DNA of 64,000 nt, taken from the NCBI GenBank assembly GCA_045638945.1, contig JAZUCF010000024.1, positions 25,055 through 89,054 of the forward strand, written 5' to 3'. A program made the position numbers and the translations under genes. The notes under the pieces were generated by a model. The model saw only the letters and a list, made by a program, of their open reading frames with translations. It had not been told where the DNA came from and searched no databases. Source of the DNA: Clostridia bacterium (GTDB lineage: Bacteria; Bacillota; Clostridia; UMGS1883). Shown here piece by piece: positions 1 through 10,050 of this stretch. Position 1 is the first letter of the stretch. Each line of letters opens with the position of its first letter.

Positions 1-258
1 GACGAAACAGACCCGTTTAAAAATGCACTCACGCACTATAATCCCGATGGTTATCCGCACCCTTATCACGCGGGAGATATGCCGCCACTGTTCGGAGAAA
101 AGGGCGAGGCATTTTCAGCGTTTATGACAAAGCGGTTAAGTGTTGATGATATAATCGGCAAAACCGTAATAATTCACTCTATGCCCGATGATTTTACCAC
201 GCAGCCTGCGGGAAATTCAGGCGAAAAAATAGCGTGCGGAATAATACGAAAGAAGTAG
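1..258 (+). CDS. sodC: Cu/Zn superoxide dismutase, C-terminal fragment (5' end outside window)
   Basis: Frame-1 translation ...HAGDMPPLFGEKGEAF...IIHSMPDDFTTQPAGNSGEKIACGII matches the Cu/Zn-SOD C-terminal copper/zinc ligand region; stop TAG at 256-258 followed by a hairpin terminator. Confidence 0.6.
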   Translation, partial: DETDPFKNALTHYNPDGYPHPYHAGDMPPLFGEKGEAFSAFMTKRLSVDDIIGKTVIIHSMPDDFTTQPAGNSGEKIACGIIRKK

Positions 259-290
259 CCCGTTTGAGGCTACTTCTTTTGTAATGTTTA
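258..290 (+). terminator. Rho-independent terminator (GAAGTAGCC-N7-GGCTACTTC + T-run)
   Basis: Perfect 9-bp stem followed by TTTT, directly after the sodC stop. Confidence 0.6.
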
Positions 291-300
291 CCGTATAGGA

Positions 301-380
301 AATTGAGCAATTCAATCGTGAGCAACGCTTGTTTGTTTAAAATTTAGTTGTGGCACGAAATGGGTGAAGCGGCACGCTTC
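301..380 (-). repeat. ~80-bp intergenic repeat family, copy C; overlaps last 12 codons of metH
   Basis: Shares the 17-mer GTGAAGCGGCACGCTTC (364-380) and a diverged head (AATT..AATT.AATCG.GAG) with copies at 19803-19883 and 53702-53772. Confidence 0.6.
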
Positions 381-2773
381 TTATTTATTTCTTCAGCGTA
401 TCTTACTGCTTCCATTGCATCCTTTGCATATTTGTCAGCACCGATTGCGTCGGAGTATTCCTGTGTAAGCACTGCTCCGCCAACGATGATTTTACAGTCG
501 GGCAGTTCTTTTCTTGTGAGCTTAATAGTTTCCTCCATTGCGGGAACTGTTGTTGTCATCAATGCACTCAGCCCTATAATGGGTGCATTAACCTCGGATG
601 CCTTTTCTACAATAACTTCGGGTGCTACATCCTTTCCCAAATCGTAAACCCTGAAGCCATAATTTTCAAGAAGAAGCTTCACGATGTTTTTACCTATATC
701 GTGAACATCGCCCTTAACCGTTGCAATTACTATAGGGCATTTATCCGAAGCATTTGAAGAAGACATTGCTTTTTTTATTTCCTCAAATGCCGCCTTTGCC
801 GCCTCCGCACTCATAAGAAGCTGGGGAAGATACACCGTTTTATTTTCAAAACCCGTTCCTACAATATTAAGTGCAGGGATAATTTCCTCTTGTACGATTG
901 TAAGCGGCTTTGTGCTTTCAAGCATTTCGCGTGTTATTGCCGCTGCCTGCTCACACAGCCCTTTAATAACCGCCTTTTGAAGTGCACTTCCTTGCTCGGA
1001 GGGGGAAACGGATTCTTTTTTAACTTCGGAAACAGCTACAGTCTCTGTGAGCATTTCACAGAAAGCAATATATTCAGAAAAGTTTTCATCAAAAGAATTA
1101 AGTGCACGAAAAGCATAGTATGCTTTCATCATTTCGACGGAATAGGGATTCATAATTGCCGCCGAAAGTCCGCTTGCCATGGCATTTGCAAAAAATATGC
1201 TATTAACTGCATCACGGTGGGGAAGTCCGAATGAAACATTGGAAACGCCCAACGAAGTATGAACACCCATCTTATGCTTAATCATGCTGACAGCACTTAG
1301 CGTTTCCCTTGCTGCGTCAGGCTCTGCACTTACAGTGAGTGTCAGCGGGTCAAAAATTATATCCTTTTTATCAATTCCGTACTTTTTAGCCTCGATAAGA
1401 ATTTTTTCTGCAACGGCATATCTTTCCTCAGCAGTTTTCGGTATTCCGTTTTCATCAAGCGTAAGTGCCACAATAAGACCGCCGTATTTTGCCGCAAGGG
1501 GAAAGACGGCATCCATACTTTCTTTTTTGCCGTTTACGGAATTAATCATAGCCTTGCCGTTGTATCGGCGGAGTGCTTTTTCCATAGCGGAAGCATCGGC
1601 AGTATCTATCTGTAAGGGTAAATTGATAACCGCCTGAAGACGGCAAACGGCATCTGTAAGCATTTTTGCCTCATCAATTTCGGGCAGACCTACGTTGACA
1701 TCAATAATATGTACACCTTTTTCCTGCTGGGAAATGCCCTCGTTTAAGATATAATCCATATCACCGTTTTTAAGGGCTTCCTTAAATCTCTTTTTGCCTG
1801 TGGGATTTATCCTTTCACCTATAAGAATGGGGGAATCCTTAAATTCAACCGCATGGGTGTAAGAGGAAACGCAGGTAATATTCTTTTTGCTAATTGCCAC
1901 AGGAGAAAGCCCTGACGATTTTTTTACAAGGGCTGAAATATATTCTGGGGTAGTACCGCAGCAACCGCCTGCAATGCGTATTCCTTTTTCCATAAGAGCA
2001 GCAACGTCCTCTGAAAATTCCTCCGAGAGAACATCATACACAGTTTCACCGCCAGATACCTTGGGAAGCCCTGCATTTGGTTTTAGTATTACAGGGAGGG
2101 AGGACTTTTTAAGATATTCCTCCGCAACCTTTATAAGAGCTTTCGGACCAAGCGAACAGTTTATTCCGATAGCGTCGGCACGCATACCCTCAAGCATTGC
2201 AACCATGGCGGAGGGGGAGGCACCTGTCATCAGCTTTCCGTCCTCGCCGTAAGCATTGGACACAAATACGGGCAGGCCACAGTTTTCTTTTGCCGCAAGG
2301 AGGGCAGCCTTTGTTTCATAGCTGTCGTTCATTGTTTCAATAAAAATCAGGTCTACGCCATATTTTACACCGAGCTTTACAGTTTCGGCAAAAAGGGAAA
2401 CCGCGTACTCGAAATCAAAATCGCCGTAGGGGGCAAGCATCCTTCCCGAAGGACCTATGTCAAGGGCTATCCATTTTTCTCCCTTTGCATCGGATTCCTC
2501 TCTTGCACGCTTTGCGTTTGCCACTGCCGCTCTTACAATTTCATCAAGCTCTTCGGGACTGAATTTCAGAAGATTTGCACCAAAGGTGTTTGTATTTACC
2601 ACATTGCTTCCCGCATCGTAATAACTGCGGTGAATTTTTGTAATTATATCGGGATGGGATATGTTCCACCTTTCAGGCAGCTCTCCCGGTAAAAGCCCCT
2701 CTTTTTGCAGAAGTGTTCCCATACCTCCGTCAAGATATATGAAGTTATCCTTTAAGTATTCTTTTATATTCAT
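344..2773 (-). CDS. metH: Methionine synthase core (homocysteine S-methyltransferase + pterin-binding + B12-binding domains; no activation domain)
   Basis: N-term DGGMGTLLQ Hcy-binding fold, pterin-binding middle and C-terminal B12 motif DVHDIGKNIV. Start placed at MNIKEY (2773) because it forms an ATGA overlap with the upstream stop and has an AGGAG RBS. Confidence 0.85.
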   Translation of the reverse strand: MNIKEYLKDNFIYLDGGMGTLLQKEGLLPGELPERWNISHPDIITKIHRSYYDAGSNVVNTNTFGANLLKFSPEELDEIVRAAVANAKRAREESDAKGEKWIALDIGPSGRMLAPYGDFDFEYAVSLFAETVKLGVKYGVDLIFIETMNDSYETKAALLAAKENCGLPVFVSNAYGEDGKLMTGASPSAMVAMLEGMRADAIGINCSLGPKALIKVAEEYLKKSSLPVILKPNAGLPKVSGGETVYDVLSEEFSEDVAALMEKGIRIAGGCCGTTPEYISALVKKSSGLSPVAISKKNITCVSSYTHAVEFKDSPILIGERINPTGKKRFKEALKNGDMDYILNEGISQQEKGVHIIDVNVGLPEIDEAKMLTDAVCRLQAVINLPLQIDTADASAMEKALRRYNGKAMINSVNGKKESMDAVFPLAAKYGGLIVALTLDENGIPKTAEERYAVAEKILIEAKKYGIDKKDIIFDPLTLTVSAEPDAARETLSAVSMIKHKMGVHTSLGVSNVSFGLPHRDAVNSIFFANAMASGLSAAIMNPYSVEMMKAYYAFRALNSFDENFSEYIAFCEMLTETVAVSEVKKESVSPSEQGSALQKAVIKGLCEQAAAITREMLESTKPLTIVQEEIIPALNIVGTGFENKTVYLPQLLMSAEAAKAAFEEIKKAMSSSNASDKCPIVIATVKGDVHDIGKNIVKLLLENYGFRVYDLGKDVAPEVIVEKASEVNAPIIGLSALMTTTVPAMEETIKLTRKELPDCKIIVGGAVLTQEYSDAIGADKYAKDAMEAVRYAEEINKKRAASPISCHN

Positions 2774-3441
2774 AATGTTCTCCTGTAACTGCAATTCGTC
2801 TTAGTGCAAGCATTGCAGTTTTGTTTTTTGTTTTCACACTCCGTATCGGAAATTCCTATAATCGCCGTTACCGACTTGGAGGGAGTCATCAGCATACTTT
2901 CGTTAAGGGTAAGCCCTATTCTTCGGCTCGGCTCCAATACTCTGAAAAAGTCTTTTTGAAGCCCCATGGGTAAATCTCCATACCCCGGACTGAAGCGAGG
3001 CTTGGTATATCCATACCCCTCGGCAATATATTGGTTAAAAGCATTACATAGTCCCTCTATCCTCTCGGCACCTATCGCTTGAAGCATATGCCCTTTGGAA
3101 GGGGAGGTTTTGCCGTAAAGGGCAATCAACCGGTCAATTTCAAGCCCGATTGTTGCCGCAAAGAGAATAAAGCTTCTGCATGCGCTAAGATTAGCTTTAA
3201 GCTTTTCGCTTTTGGTCGTTGTAAAGGAAAGATTAATCTCATCCTCCGAAAATGCGAGAGGGAAATTTCCGTAGCAAACCTTGTACGTAAGCTTATCACT
3301 GATAAGTAAAAGACATTCGTCAATCAGGTTTTCTATTTCGGGAGCTAACTTTTCCACCCCTGCATACCTTAAAATTTCACTTCTGTCTATAGGCGGGGCA
3401 GGAAATGTTTTCGTTAAAATGACACTGTTTATCATAGGCAT
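2770..3441 (-). CDS. Stand-alone MetH activation (AdoMet-binding reactivation) domain protein
   Basis: 223 aa between metF and metH in the same operon. Size and position fit the separately encoded reactivation domain of split clostridial MetH; motif recognition is from memory. Confidence 0.5.
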   Translation of the reverse strand: MPMINSVILTKTFPAPPIDRSEILRYAGVEKLAPEIENLIDECLLLISDKLTYKVCYGNFPLAFSEDEINLSFTTTKSEKLKANLSACRSFILFAATIGLEIDRLIALYGKTSPSKGHMLQAIGAERIEGLCNAFNQYIAEGYGYTKPRFSPGYGDLPMGLQKDFFRVLEPSRRIGLTLNESMLMTPSKSVTAIIGISDTECENKKQNCNACTKTNCSYRRTL

Positions 3442-4307
3442 AATATATCCGACAGGTTACTTTGTATTTTTTCAGCCACGTCGGGCTTGTTCATTGAATA
3501 AACGTGAACATTTGTTATTCCGTTTGCAAAAAGGTCTATTATCTGGTCTGTCGCATAGGCAATCCCCGCTTGCTTCATTGCTTCGGGAGATGAGCCGAAT
3601 TTATCCACCAGACTCTTGAACCTCTGTGGCATAAAGGAGCCTGAAAGCTTTATTGCACGCTCCACCTGATTTGCATTCGTAATAGGCATAATTCCCGGAA
3701 TTATGGGAACAGTTATCCCTGCCTCGCGTATTTTATAGAGGAAATTATAGAGCAAGTTGTTATCGAAAAACATCTGGGTTGTAAGGAAAGAGCAGCCCGC
3801 ATCCACCTTTTCCTTAAGATACTTAATATCTTCTTTCTGATTAGTGCTTTCGGGATGGACTTCGGGATAGCATGCACCGCCTATACAAAAGTCGGCACCG
3901 CTTTCTTTGATATCACGAATAAGGTCTATTGCATGGGTATAGTCCCAGGTACTTCTGTCGCTTTCCATAAGCTCAGGCGTCAAATCTCCCCTGAGAGCCA
4001 TCACATTTTCAATACCTGCCTCTTTCATTTGCTCAATCTTACGGCGGACGGTTTCCTTTGTGGAGGAAACGCATGTAAGATGGGCGAGAGTGGGAACATT
4101 ATACTGCTCTTTTATGTTCTTCGCAATTTCAAGAGTGTATTTGCTTGTGCCGCCGCCTGCTCCGTATGTAACGCTCATAAAAGACGGTCTTAATTTTGCA
4201 ATTTCCTCCGTAGCAGTTTTTACGCTTTCAAAAGCTGTATCCGTTTTCGGTGGAAAAACCTCAAAGGAAAGTGAAAACCTTTCTGAAAAAAGCGTGCTTA
4301 GTTTCAT
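3432..4307 (-). CDS. metF: 5,10-methylenetetrahydrofolate reductase
   Basis: FSLSFEVFPPKT and TYGAGGGT motifs. Start at MKLSTLF (4307) has an AGGAA RBS; the longer ORF start at 4430 lacks one. Confidence 0.85.
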   Translation of the reverse strand: MKLSTLFSERFSLSFEVFPPKTDTAFESVKTATEEIAKLRPSFMSVTYGAGGGTSKYTLEIAKNIKEQYNVPTLAHLTCVSSTKETVRRKIEQMKEAGIENVMALRGDLTPELMESDRSTWDYTHAIDLIRDIKESGADFCIGGACYPEVHPESTNQKEDIKYLKEKVDAGCSFLTTQMFFDNNLLYNFLYKIREAGITVPIIPGIMPITNANQVERAIKLSGSFMPQRFKSLVDKFGSSPEAMKQAGIAYATDQIIDLFANGITNVHVYSMNKPDVAEKIQSNLSDILCL

Positions 4308-4469
4308 AAATATCATTCCTTGTAATAAGAATATCTGTATTTTATCATAAATATATAATGCAATCAATAAAAACAGCCGATTTTTTTGAAAATATTGTTG
4401 TAGGTTTGCCGATGATGTGTTAAAATACATTAGGTTGAAATATTAAAATAACAAAGGATAGAATCTTGA

Positions 4470-5837
4470 ATGAATACTAAACTAACAAAAGATTTCACAC
4501 AGGGAAATATAGCAAAGCAGCTTCTCAGGTTCATGATTCCGTTTATGCTGTCAAATGCACTGCAAGTACTCTACAGCACAATTGACATGATAATAGTGGG
4601 CGAATTTGTAGGTACGGCAGGGCTTTCCGCAGTATCGCAAAGCAGTCATATAATAAACTTTGCCGCAATGGTCTGTCTGGGATTTTCAAATGCAGGGCAG
4701 GTGCTTATCTCTCAGGCATTGGGTGCAGGTAAAAAAGAAAGGCTGAATCATATAATAGGAACTCTCTTTTCAATGCTGATGATTATTGCACTGATATTTA
4801 CGGCGGTGTTTATAAGCTTTAAGGATGCTATTCTAAATGCAATCAGCGTTCCCGAAGAATCGTATAAAATGGCGATTCATTACCTTGTTATCTGTGGCGG
4901 AGGAATGGTGTTTACGGCAGGGTATAATATGGTTTCCGCTGTGCTTCGCGGAATGGGAGATTCTAAAAGACCGCTCCTTTTCATTCTGATTGCATCGGTG
5001 GTTAATTTAGTGCTTGACTATTTATTTACAGGGCTTATGGACTTTGGTGTGGCAGGCGCCGCATGGGCCACCATAATAGGACAGGCAGTGTCATTTATAT
5101 TCTCTGTTTATTACTTGTATAAGCGTAAGCAGGAATTTGGTTTTGATTTTAAGATTAAAAGCTTTCGCATAAAGAAAAATTATGCACGTACTATAATAAG
5201 CCTCGGAACCCCTATGGCAGTACAGGCAGGATTTATAAATATTTCTATGCTCTTTGTAAATTCCCTTATAAACAAGGTGGGTGTAGTTGCATCTGCAACC
5301 TTTGGTGTAGGTGTGCGTATAGACGATATTGTAAATAAAATTTGTATGGGAATTCAGTATGCCGCAATTCCCATGATAAGCCAGAACATAGGTGCAGGCA
5401 AGCAGGAAAGAGCACAAAAGGTTGTTTACACTGCATGGCTGTTTTCAGGGGTTTTAACGCTTTTCTTCATGGCTCTTTATTTGGGGTGCGGTCAGTGGCT
5501 GTTTAAGATGTTCTCCGACGATGTCAAGGTTCACGAAATGTCACATATCTTTATTTCTGCAATACTGTGGATGTTCCCTGCCTTTGCGGTTATGAGGGGA
5601 AGCGGTGCATTTATCCAGGGAATAGGACACGCCAAGCTCAGCATGGTGCTTGCACTGCTCGACGGCGTATTCCTCCGAATAGGACTCAGCTATCTTTTCG
5701 GAGTGCTGCTGGGATGGGGATTCTACGGATTTGTATTAGGATATGCATTGGCCCCCTATGGATTTGCAGTTCCCAGTATGATATATTTCCTTTCAGGAAA
5801 ATGGAAAATGCGTAAAACTTTAGCCGAAGAATTATAA
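4470..5837 (+). CDS. MATE family efflux transporter
   Basis: 455 aa, 12 predicted TM segments; N-terminal motif typical of MATE/NorM proteins. Confidence 0.8.
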   Translation: MNTKLTKDFTQGNIAKQLLRFMIPFMLSNALQVLYSTIDMIIVGEFVGTAGLSAVSQSSHIINFAAMVCLGFSNAGQVLISQALGAGKKERLNHIIGTLFSMLMIIALIFTAVFISFKDAILNAISVPEESYKMAIHYLVICGGGMVFTAGYNMVSAVLRGMGDSKRPLLFILIASVVNLVLDYLFTGLMDFGVAGAAWATIIGQAVSFIFSVYYLYKRKQEFGFDFKIKSFRIKKNYARTIISLGTPMAVQAGFINISMLFVNSLINKVGVVASATFGVGVRIDDIVNKICMGIQYAAIPMISQNIGAGKQERAQKVVYTAWLFSGVLTLFFMALYLGCGQWLFKMFSDDVKVHEMSHIFISAILWMFPAFAVMRGSGAFIQGIGHAKLSMVLALLDGVFLRIGLSYLFGVLLGWGFYGFVLGYALAPYGFAVPSMIYFLSGKWKMRKTLAEEL

Positions 5838-5849
5838 AAGGTGTTACCT

Positions 5850-6563
5850 ATGAAAAGAAATGAATTTATTAATGGAATTAAAGATGGGATTCCCATTTGT
5901 CTGGGCTATTTTTCGGTGTCAATGGCATTTGGAATTGCCGCGGTCAAGGGCGGTATCCCTGCATGGGCGGCAACGCTTACCTCGCTTTCCAATGTGACAA
6001 GTGCAGGCCAGTTTGCAGGGATTAATATAATGCTGGCATTGGGAAGCCTTATCGAGCTTGCAATTACTACGCTTATTATAAACATGCGATATTTCCTTAT
6101 GTCGCTGTCTGTTTCGCAAAAGGTAGATTCTTCAATGAAATTGTGGCAAAGATTTTTAGTGTCATTTGGCATAACGGATGAAATCTTTGCAGTGTCAATG
6201 CGTCATTCCCGACCCCTTACGGCGGTGTATATGGCAGGGCTGATTATAACCCCCGTGATTGGGTGGACGGCAGGAACCCTGACCGGTGCCGTTGCAACTA
6301 AGGTTATGCCTCAGGTGCTTACTTCCGCAATGGGAATTGCCCTTTACGGAATGTTTATCGCAATAATAATTCCCCCTGCAAGGAAAAATATCAAGGTAAT
6401 GACGGCAGTAATTGCATCAATAGGAGCAAGCCTCGTATTTTCATACGCTCCCATTCTTAGGAATATATCAAGCGGATGGGCAATTATTATAATAACGATT
6501 ATTGTCAGTGCTTTTTGTGCTACATTTTTCCCCGTGGAGGAGAAAGGAGGCAGTGATATATGA
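5850..6563 (+). CDS. azlC: AzlC family branched-chain amino acid permease subunit
   Basis: Polytopic membrane protein with AzlC-like N-terminus GIKDGIPICLGYFSVSMAFG; ATG at 5850 preceded by AAAGGTG. Confidence 0.75.
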   Translation: MKRNEFINGIKDGIPICLGYFSVSMAFGIAAVKGGIPAWAATLTSLSNVTSAGQFAGINIMLALGSLIELAITTLIINMRYFLMSLSVSQKVDSSMKLWQRFLVSFGITDEIFAVSMRHSRPLTAVYMAGLIITPVIGWTAGTLTGAVATKVMPQVLTSAMGIALYGMFIAIIIPPARKNIKVMTAVIASIGASLVFSYAPILRNISSGWAIIIITIIVSAFCATFFPVEEKGGSDI

Positions 6564-6871
6564 ACACAACATATATTCTTTTATGTATTGCCGTTATGGC
6601 ATCTGTTACATATCTTATCCGTGCAATCCCCATGGTCGTGTTCCGCAAAAAAATACAAAACCGCTTTGTTGTGTCTTTTCTCTACTATGTGCCATATGTG
6701 GTTTTGGCGGCAATGACGTTCCCCGCCGTGTTTTCAAGTACTTCCTCACCTCTTTCCGCGACGGCAGGCTGCATAGCCGGACTGATTCTTGCGTTTTTTG
6801 ACAGAGGACTTTTAACCGTTGCCGTAGGTGCGGCACTTTCGGCATTTATCACGCAGATAGCAGGCTTTTGA
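6560..6871 (+). CDS. azlD: AzlD branched-chain amino acid transport protein
   Basis: 103-aa hydrophobic protein overlapping the azlC stop by 4 nt, the canonical azlCD arrangement. Confidence 0.7.
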   Translation: MNTTYILLCIAVMASVTYLIRAIPMVVFRKKIQNRFVVSFLYYVPYVVLAAMTFPAVFSSTSSPLSATAGCIAGLILAFFDRGLLTVAVGAALSAFITQIAGF

Positions 6872-6902
6872 TAAAAGAAAAAAGACCTCACTTCGTGAAG
6901 TC

Positions 6903-6990
6903 TTTTATCTTTCTGGTGCAGGTAACAGGACTTGAACCTGCATGAAATTGCTCTCATACGGACCTGAACCGTACGCGTCTGCCAATTCCG
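6903..6990 (-). tRNA. tRNA-Leu (anticodon CAG)
   Basis: Reverse complement reads GCAGGTA acceptor, D-arm, anticodon stem TACGG/CCGTA with loop TTCAGGT (CAG), long variable arm, T-arm CAGGTTCAAGTCCTG and a 3' CCA encoded; 88 nt. Confidence 0.85.
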
Positions 6991-7091
6991 CCATACCTGC
7001 ATATTTGATACTTTGATATTATACATCATAAATAATTGAAAATCAAGTGTTTTTTGGGAAAATATTTACCTGAAAGAGGGAGTAAAAACAT

Positions 7092-7120
7092 TTGACACAT
7101 TTTACAAGCTGTGGTATAAT
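7092..7120 (+). promoter_or_regulatory. SigA-type promoter of the pyr operon (TTGACA-17-TGgTATAAT)
   Basis: Consensus -35 and extended -10 with 17-bp spacing, 30 bp upstream of the pyrC start. Confidence 0.6.
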
Positions 7121-7149
7121 ACATAAGAATAAATTAACAGGAGGACACC

Positions 7150-8412
7150 ATGCGATACAGTATTAAAAATGCCACAGTTCTAACTGAAAACGGTTTTGTA
7201 AAAACTGATATCAATATTGACAACGGGATAGTTGTTTCTATCGGCGGCGGTGCTCTTTCTGACGCTATGGTTTTCGATTTTAATAATTGTTTTATTTTCC
7301 CCGGTTTTGCTGATGTACATGTGCATTTGCGAGAGCCGGGTTTTTCATATAAAGAAACAATTAAATCGGGAACAGCCGCTTGTGCACGTGGAGGATATAC
7401 GGATGTTTGCACCATGCCAAATCTTAACCCCGTTCCCGACAGTGTAGAAAATATGAAAGTGCAGACGGATATTATTTCCCGCGATGCCCTCATAGGCGTT
7501 CATCCTTTCGGGGCTTTGACCGTGGGAGAAAAAGGGGAGACTCTTTCTGATATTGAATCCCTTTCATCTGTAGCAGTCGGCTTTTCCGATGACGGACGTG
7601 GAGTGCAGAGCGATGATATGATGCGTCAGGCAATGGAGCTCGTCAAGAATAATAATAAGATAATATCTGCTCATTGCGAAGTGAATGAGCTTCTTTTAGG
7701 AGGATATATACGTGACGGTGTTTACAGCAAAAATCACGGTCATAAAGGAATCCCCCCCGAAAGTGAATGGAAAATGGTTGAGCGTGACCTTAAGCTTGCA
7801 GAAGAAATCGGCGTGAAGTATCACATCTGCCACGTTTCCACAAAAGAAAGCGTAAGGCTGATTGCCGAAGCTAAAAAACGCGGTGTTGATGTAACAGCAG
7901 AAACTGCACCTCACTACCTGATTCTTACGGAAAATGACCTTCAGGAACACGGACGCTTTAAAATGAATCCCCCCTTGGGAAGCGAGCTTGACAGGGAGGC
8001 ACTTATAGAAGCTGTTCTTGACGGAACAATTGAAATGATTGCCACAGACCACGCACCACACAGTGCAGAGGAAAAGGGTAAAGGTCTTGAAAAGAGTATG
8101 ATGGGTGTTGTCGGCATAGAATCGGCATTTGCACTGATGTATACTCATTTTGTAAAAACGGGAAAGATGACTCTTGAGCATCTTGTAAACCTTCTCGTAA
8201 AGAATCCCAGAGAGCGTTTTAACCTTGGAAAAGGCGTGATTAAAGAGGGAGAGAAAGCTGACTTTACGGTGTTTAACCTTGAGGAAAGCTATGATATAAA
8301 CCCCGACGAATTCCTGTCTATGGGAAGAAGTACTCCCTTTGAGGGAGAAAAGGTCTGGGGCAGATGTAAGATGACTGTGGCAAACGGCGAAATTGTATGG
8401 AAGGAGATATAA
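7150..8412 (+). CDS. pyrC: Dihydroorotase
   Basis: DVHVHLREPG metal-binding motif and amidohydrolase fold; first gene of the pyr operon. Confidence 0.9.
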   Translation: MRYSIKNATVLTENGFVKTDINIDNGIVVSIGGGALSDAMVFDFNNCFIFPGFADVHVHLREPGFSYKETIKSGTAACARGGYTDVCTMPNLNPVPDSVENMKVQTDIISRDALIGVHPFGALTVGEKGETLSDIESLSSVAVGFSDDGRGVQSDDMMRQAMELVKNNNKIISAHCEVNELLLGGYIRDGVYSKNHGHKGIPPESEWKMVERDLKLAEEIGVKYHICHVSTKESVRLIAEAKKRGVDVTAETAPHYLILTENDLQEHGRFKMNPPLGSELDREALIEAVLDGTIEMIATDHAPHSAEEKGKGLEKSMMGVVGIESAFALMYTHFVKTGKMTLEHLVNLLVKNPRERFNLGKGVIKEGEKADFTVFNLEESYDINPDEFLSMGRSTPFEGEKVWGRCKMTVANGEIVWKEI

Positions 8413-8413
8413 C

Positions 8414-9151
8414 ATGAAGCAAAGTATTTTTGAAATAGTTTCAAATAAAATGCTTGCAGACATCACATACGAAATGGTACTTCGCGGCGATTGCTCGGAT
8501 ATTACAAAGCCGGGGCAGTTTGTAAATATTAAGCTTGACGGATTTTTCCTTCGCCGTCCCATTTCGGTATGTAACAGCAAGGACAATCTTCTTACAATCA
8601 TCTACAAGGTTGTGGGAAAGGGAACAGAGGTTATGGCAGAAATGAAGGCAGGCGAAAAGCTTGATATTCTGACAGGCCTTGGTAATGGCTATGATATTGA
8701 TAAAAGCGGAGATAAGCCTCTTCTTGTAGGAGGCGGTGCAGGCGTACCCCCCATGTATATGCTGGCTATAGAGCTTTTATCACAGGGGAAGACTCCTACG
8801 GTAGTGCTTGGCTTTAACAAAAAGAGCGAGGTTTTCTATGAAGAAGAATTCAAGGCTCTCGGCATCAATACGGTGGTAACAACTGCCGACGGAAGCTACG
8901 GCATAAAGGGATTTGTTACCGATGCAATAAAGGATATTGAATATACATACTTTTTCACGTGCGGTCCGGAGCCTATGTTAAAGGCACTGTATGACAACAC
9001 AAACACAAGCGGTCAGCTCAGCTTTGAGGCACGAATGGGCTGTGGTTTTGGTGCTTGTATGGGCTGTACCTGTGAAACCCTTTACGGAAATAAGAGAATT
9101 TGTAAGGATGGACCTGTTCTTGTAAAGGAGGAAGTAAAATGGGCAAACTGA
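8414..9151 (+). CDS. pyrK: Dihydroorotate dehydrogenase electron-transfer subunit
   Basis: FAD/NAD-binding fold with C-terminal 2Fe-2S Cys cluster (CGFGACMGCTC); GGAG RBS before the ATG at 8414. Confidence 0.85.
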   Translation: MKQSIFEIVSNKMLADITYEMVLRGDCSDITKPGQFVNIKLDGFFLRRPISVCNSKDNLLTIIYKVVGKGTEVMAEMKAGEKLDILTGLGNGYDIDKSGDKPLLVGGGAGVPPMYMLAIELLSQGKTPTVVLGFNKKSEVFYEEEFKALGINTVVTTADGSYGIKGFVTDAIKDIEYTYFFTCGPEPMLKALYDNTNTSGQLSFEARMGCGFGACMGCTCETLYGNKRICKDGPVLVKEEVKWAN

Positions 9152-10050
9152 GCGTTAACTTAAGCGGACTTAACCTTGATAATCCGATTATCCCTGCAAG
9201 CGGTACATTCGGATTTGGTTACGAGTTTAGTGAGTATTATGATATAAATATATTGGGAAGTATTTCTCTTAAGGGAACAACACGTGACCCACGTTACGGA
9301 AATCCCCTCCCCAGAATAGCGGAATGCTCAAGCGGTATGCTTAATGCCGTGGGACTTCAGAATCCTGGGGTTGAAAAGGTTATTTCCGAAGAACTTCCCA
9401 AGCTTCGTAAGTGCTTTAATAAAAAAGCTGTTGCAAATGTCAGCGGATTTTCTCTTGAGGACTACGTTTATACCTGTGAAAAAATGGACAAGCAGGACGA
9501 GGTGGGAATCCTTGAGGTAAATATAAGCTGTCCCAATGTCAAGCATGGCGGAATGAGCTTTGGTACAAGCCCCGATAGTGCGGCGGAAATTACCCGTGCG
9601 GTAAAAAGCGTTACCACAAAGCCCGTTTACATAAAGCTTTCCCCCAATGTGACGGACATCGTTTCCATTGCAAAGGCGTGTGAGGAAGCAGGTGCGGACG
9701 GCATTTCGATGATTAATACGCTACTCGGTATGCGTATCAATCTTAAAAACAGAAAGCCCATACTCTTTAATAAATCAGGCGGATTTTCGGGCAGTGCGAT
9801 TTTCCCTGTTGCCCTCTCCATGGTTTACAGAGTGTATGAGGCAGTAAATATCCCCATCATCGGTATGGGCGGTGTAACAACTGCGGAGGATGTTATCGAA
9901 ATGATGCTTGCAGGTGCAACGGCTGTACAGGTCGGTGCGGCAAACCTCATAGAGCCGTACGCATGTAAGAACATTATCGAAGAACTGCCAAAGGCTATGG
10001 AAAAATATAATATAGAATCTTTAGAAAGTATAATCGGAGGTGCTCACTAA
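9139..10050 (+). CDS. pyrD: Dihydroorotate dehydrogenase (class 1B) catalytic subunit
   Basis: [15 protein letters not shown] and TIM-barrel DHOD motifs; overlaps the pyrK stop. Confidence 0.9.
   Translation: MGKLSVNLSGLNLDNPIIPASGTFGFGYEFSEYYDINILGSISLKGTTRDPRYGNPLPRIAECSSGMLNAVGLQNPGVEKVISEELPKLRKCFNKKAVANVSGFSLEDYVYTCEKMDKQDEVGILEVNISCPNVKHGGMSFGTSPDSAAEITRAVKSVTTKPVYIKLSPNVTDIVSIAKACEEAGADGISMINTLLGMRINLKNRKPILFNKSGGFSGSAIFPVALSMVYRVYEAVNIPIIGMGGVTTAEDVIEMMLAGATAVQVGAANLIEPYACKNIIEELPKAMEKYNIESLESIIGGAH

Noticed and set aside
348-2252. Several 99-121-aa plus-strand ORFs inside metH (348-647, 890-1234, 1284-1637, 1887-2252)
   Set aside because: They are entirely antisense to a well-supported 809-aa MetH coding region, have no RBS and a low-complexity composition. 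Typical shadow ORFs.
4308-4469. Expected S-box (SAM-I) riboswitch upstream of the metF-metH operon
   Set aside because: The leader is only ~160 nt and extremely AT-rich. It lacks the conserved GG..CCC / kink-turn segments of SAM-I, and only a promoter is recognisable.
5091-6172. Cys/Tyr-rich minus-strand ORFs (5091-5417, 5906-6172, 5919-6119)
   Set aside because: They lie antisense within the MATE and azlC genes and their composition reflects the reverse complement of hydrophobic codons. Spurious.
6685-7029. 114-aa minus-strand ORF
   Set aside because: It overlaps tRNA-Leu(CAG) completely and lies in the pyr promoter region, so it is spurious.
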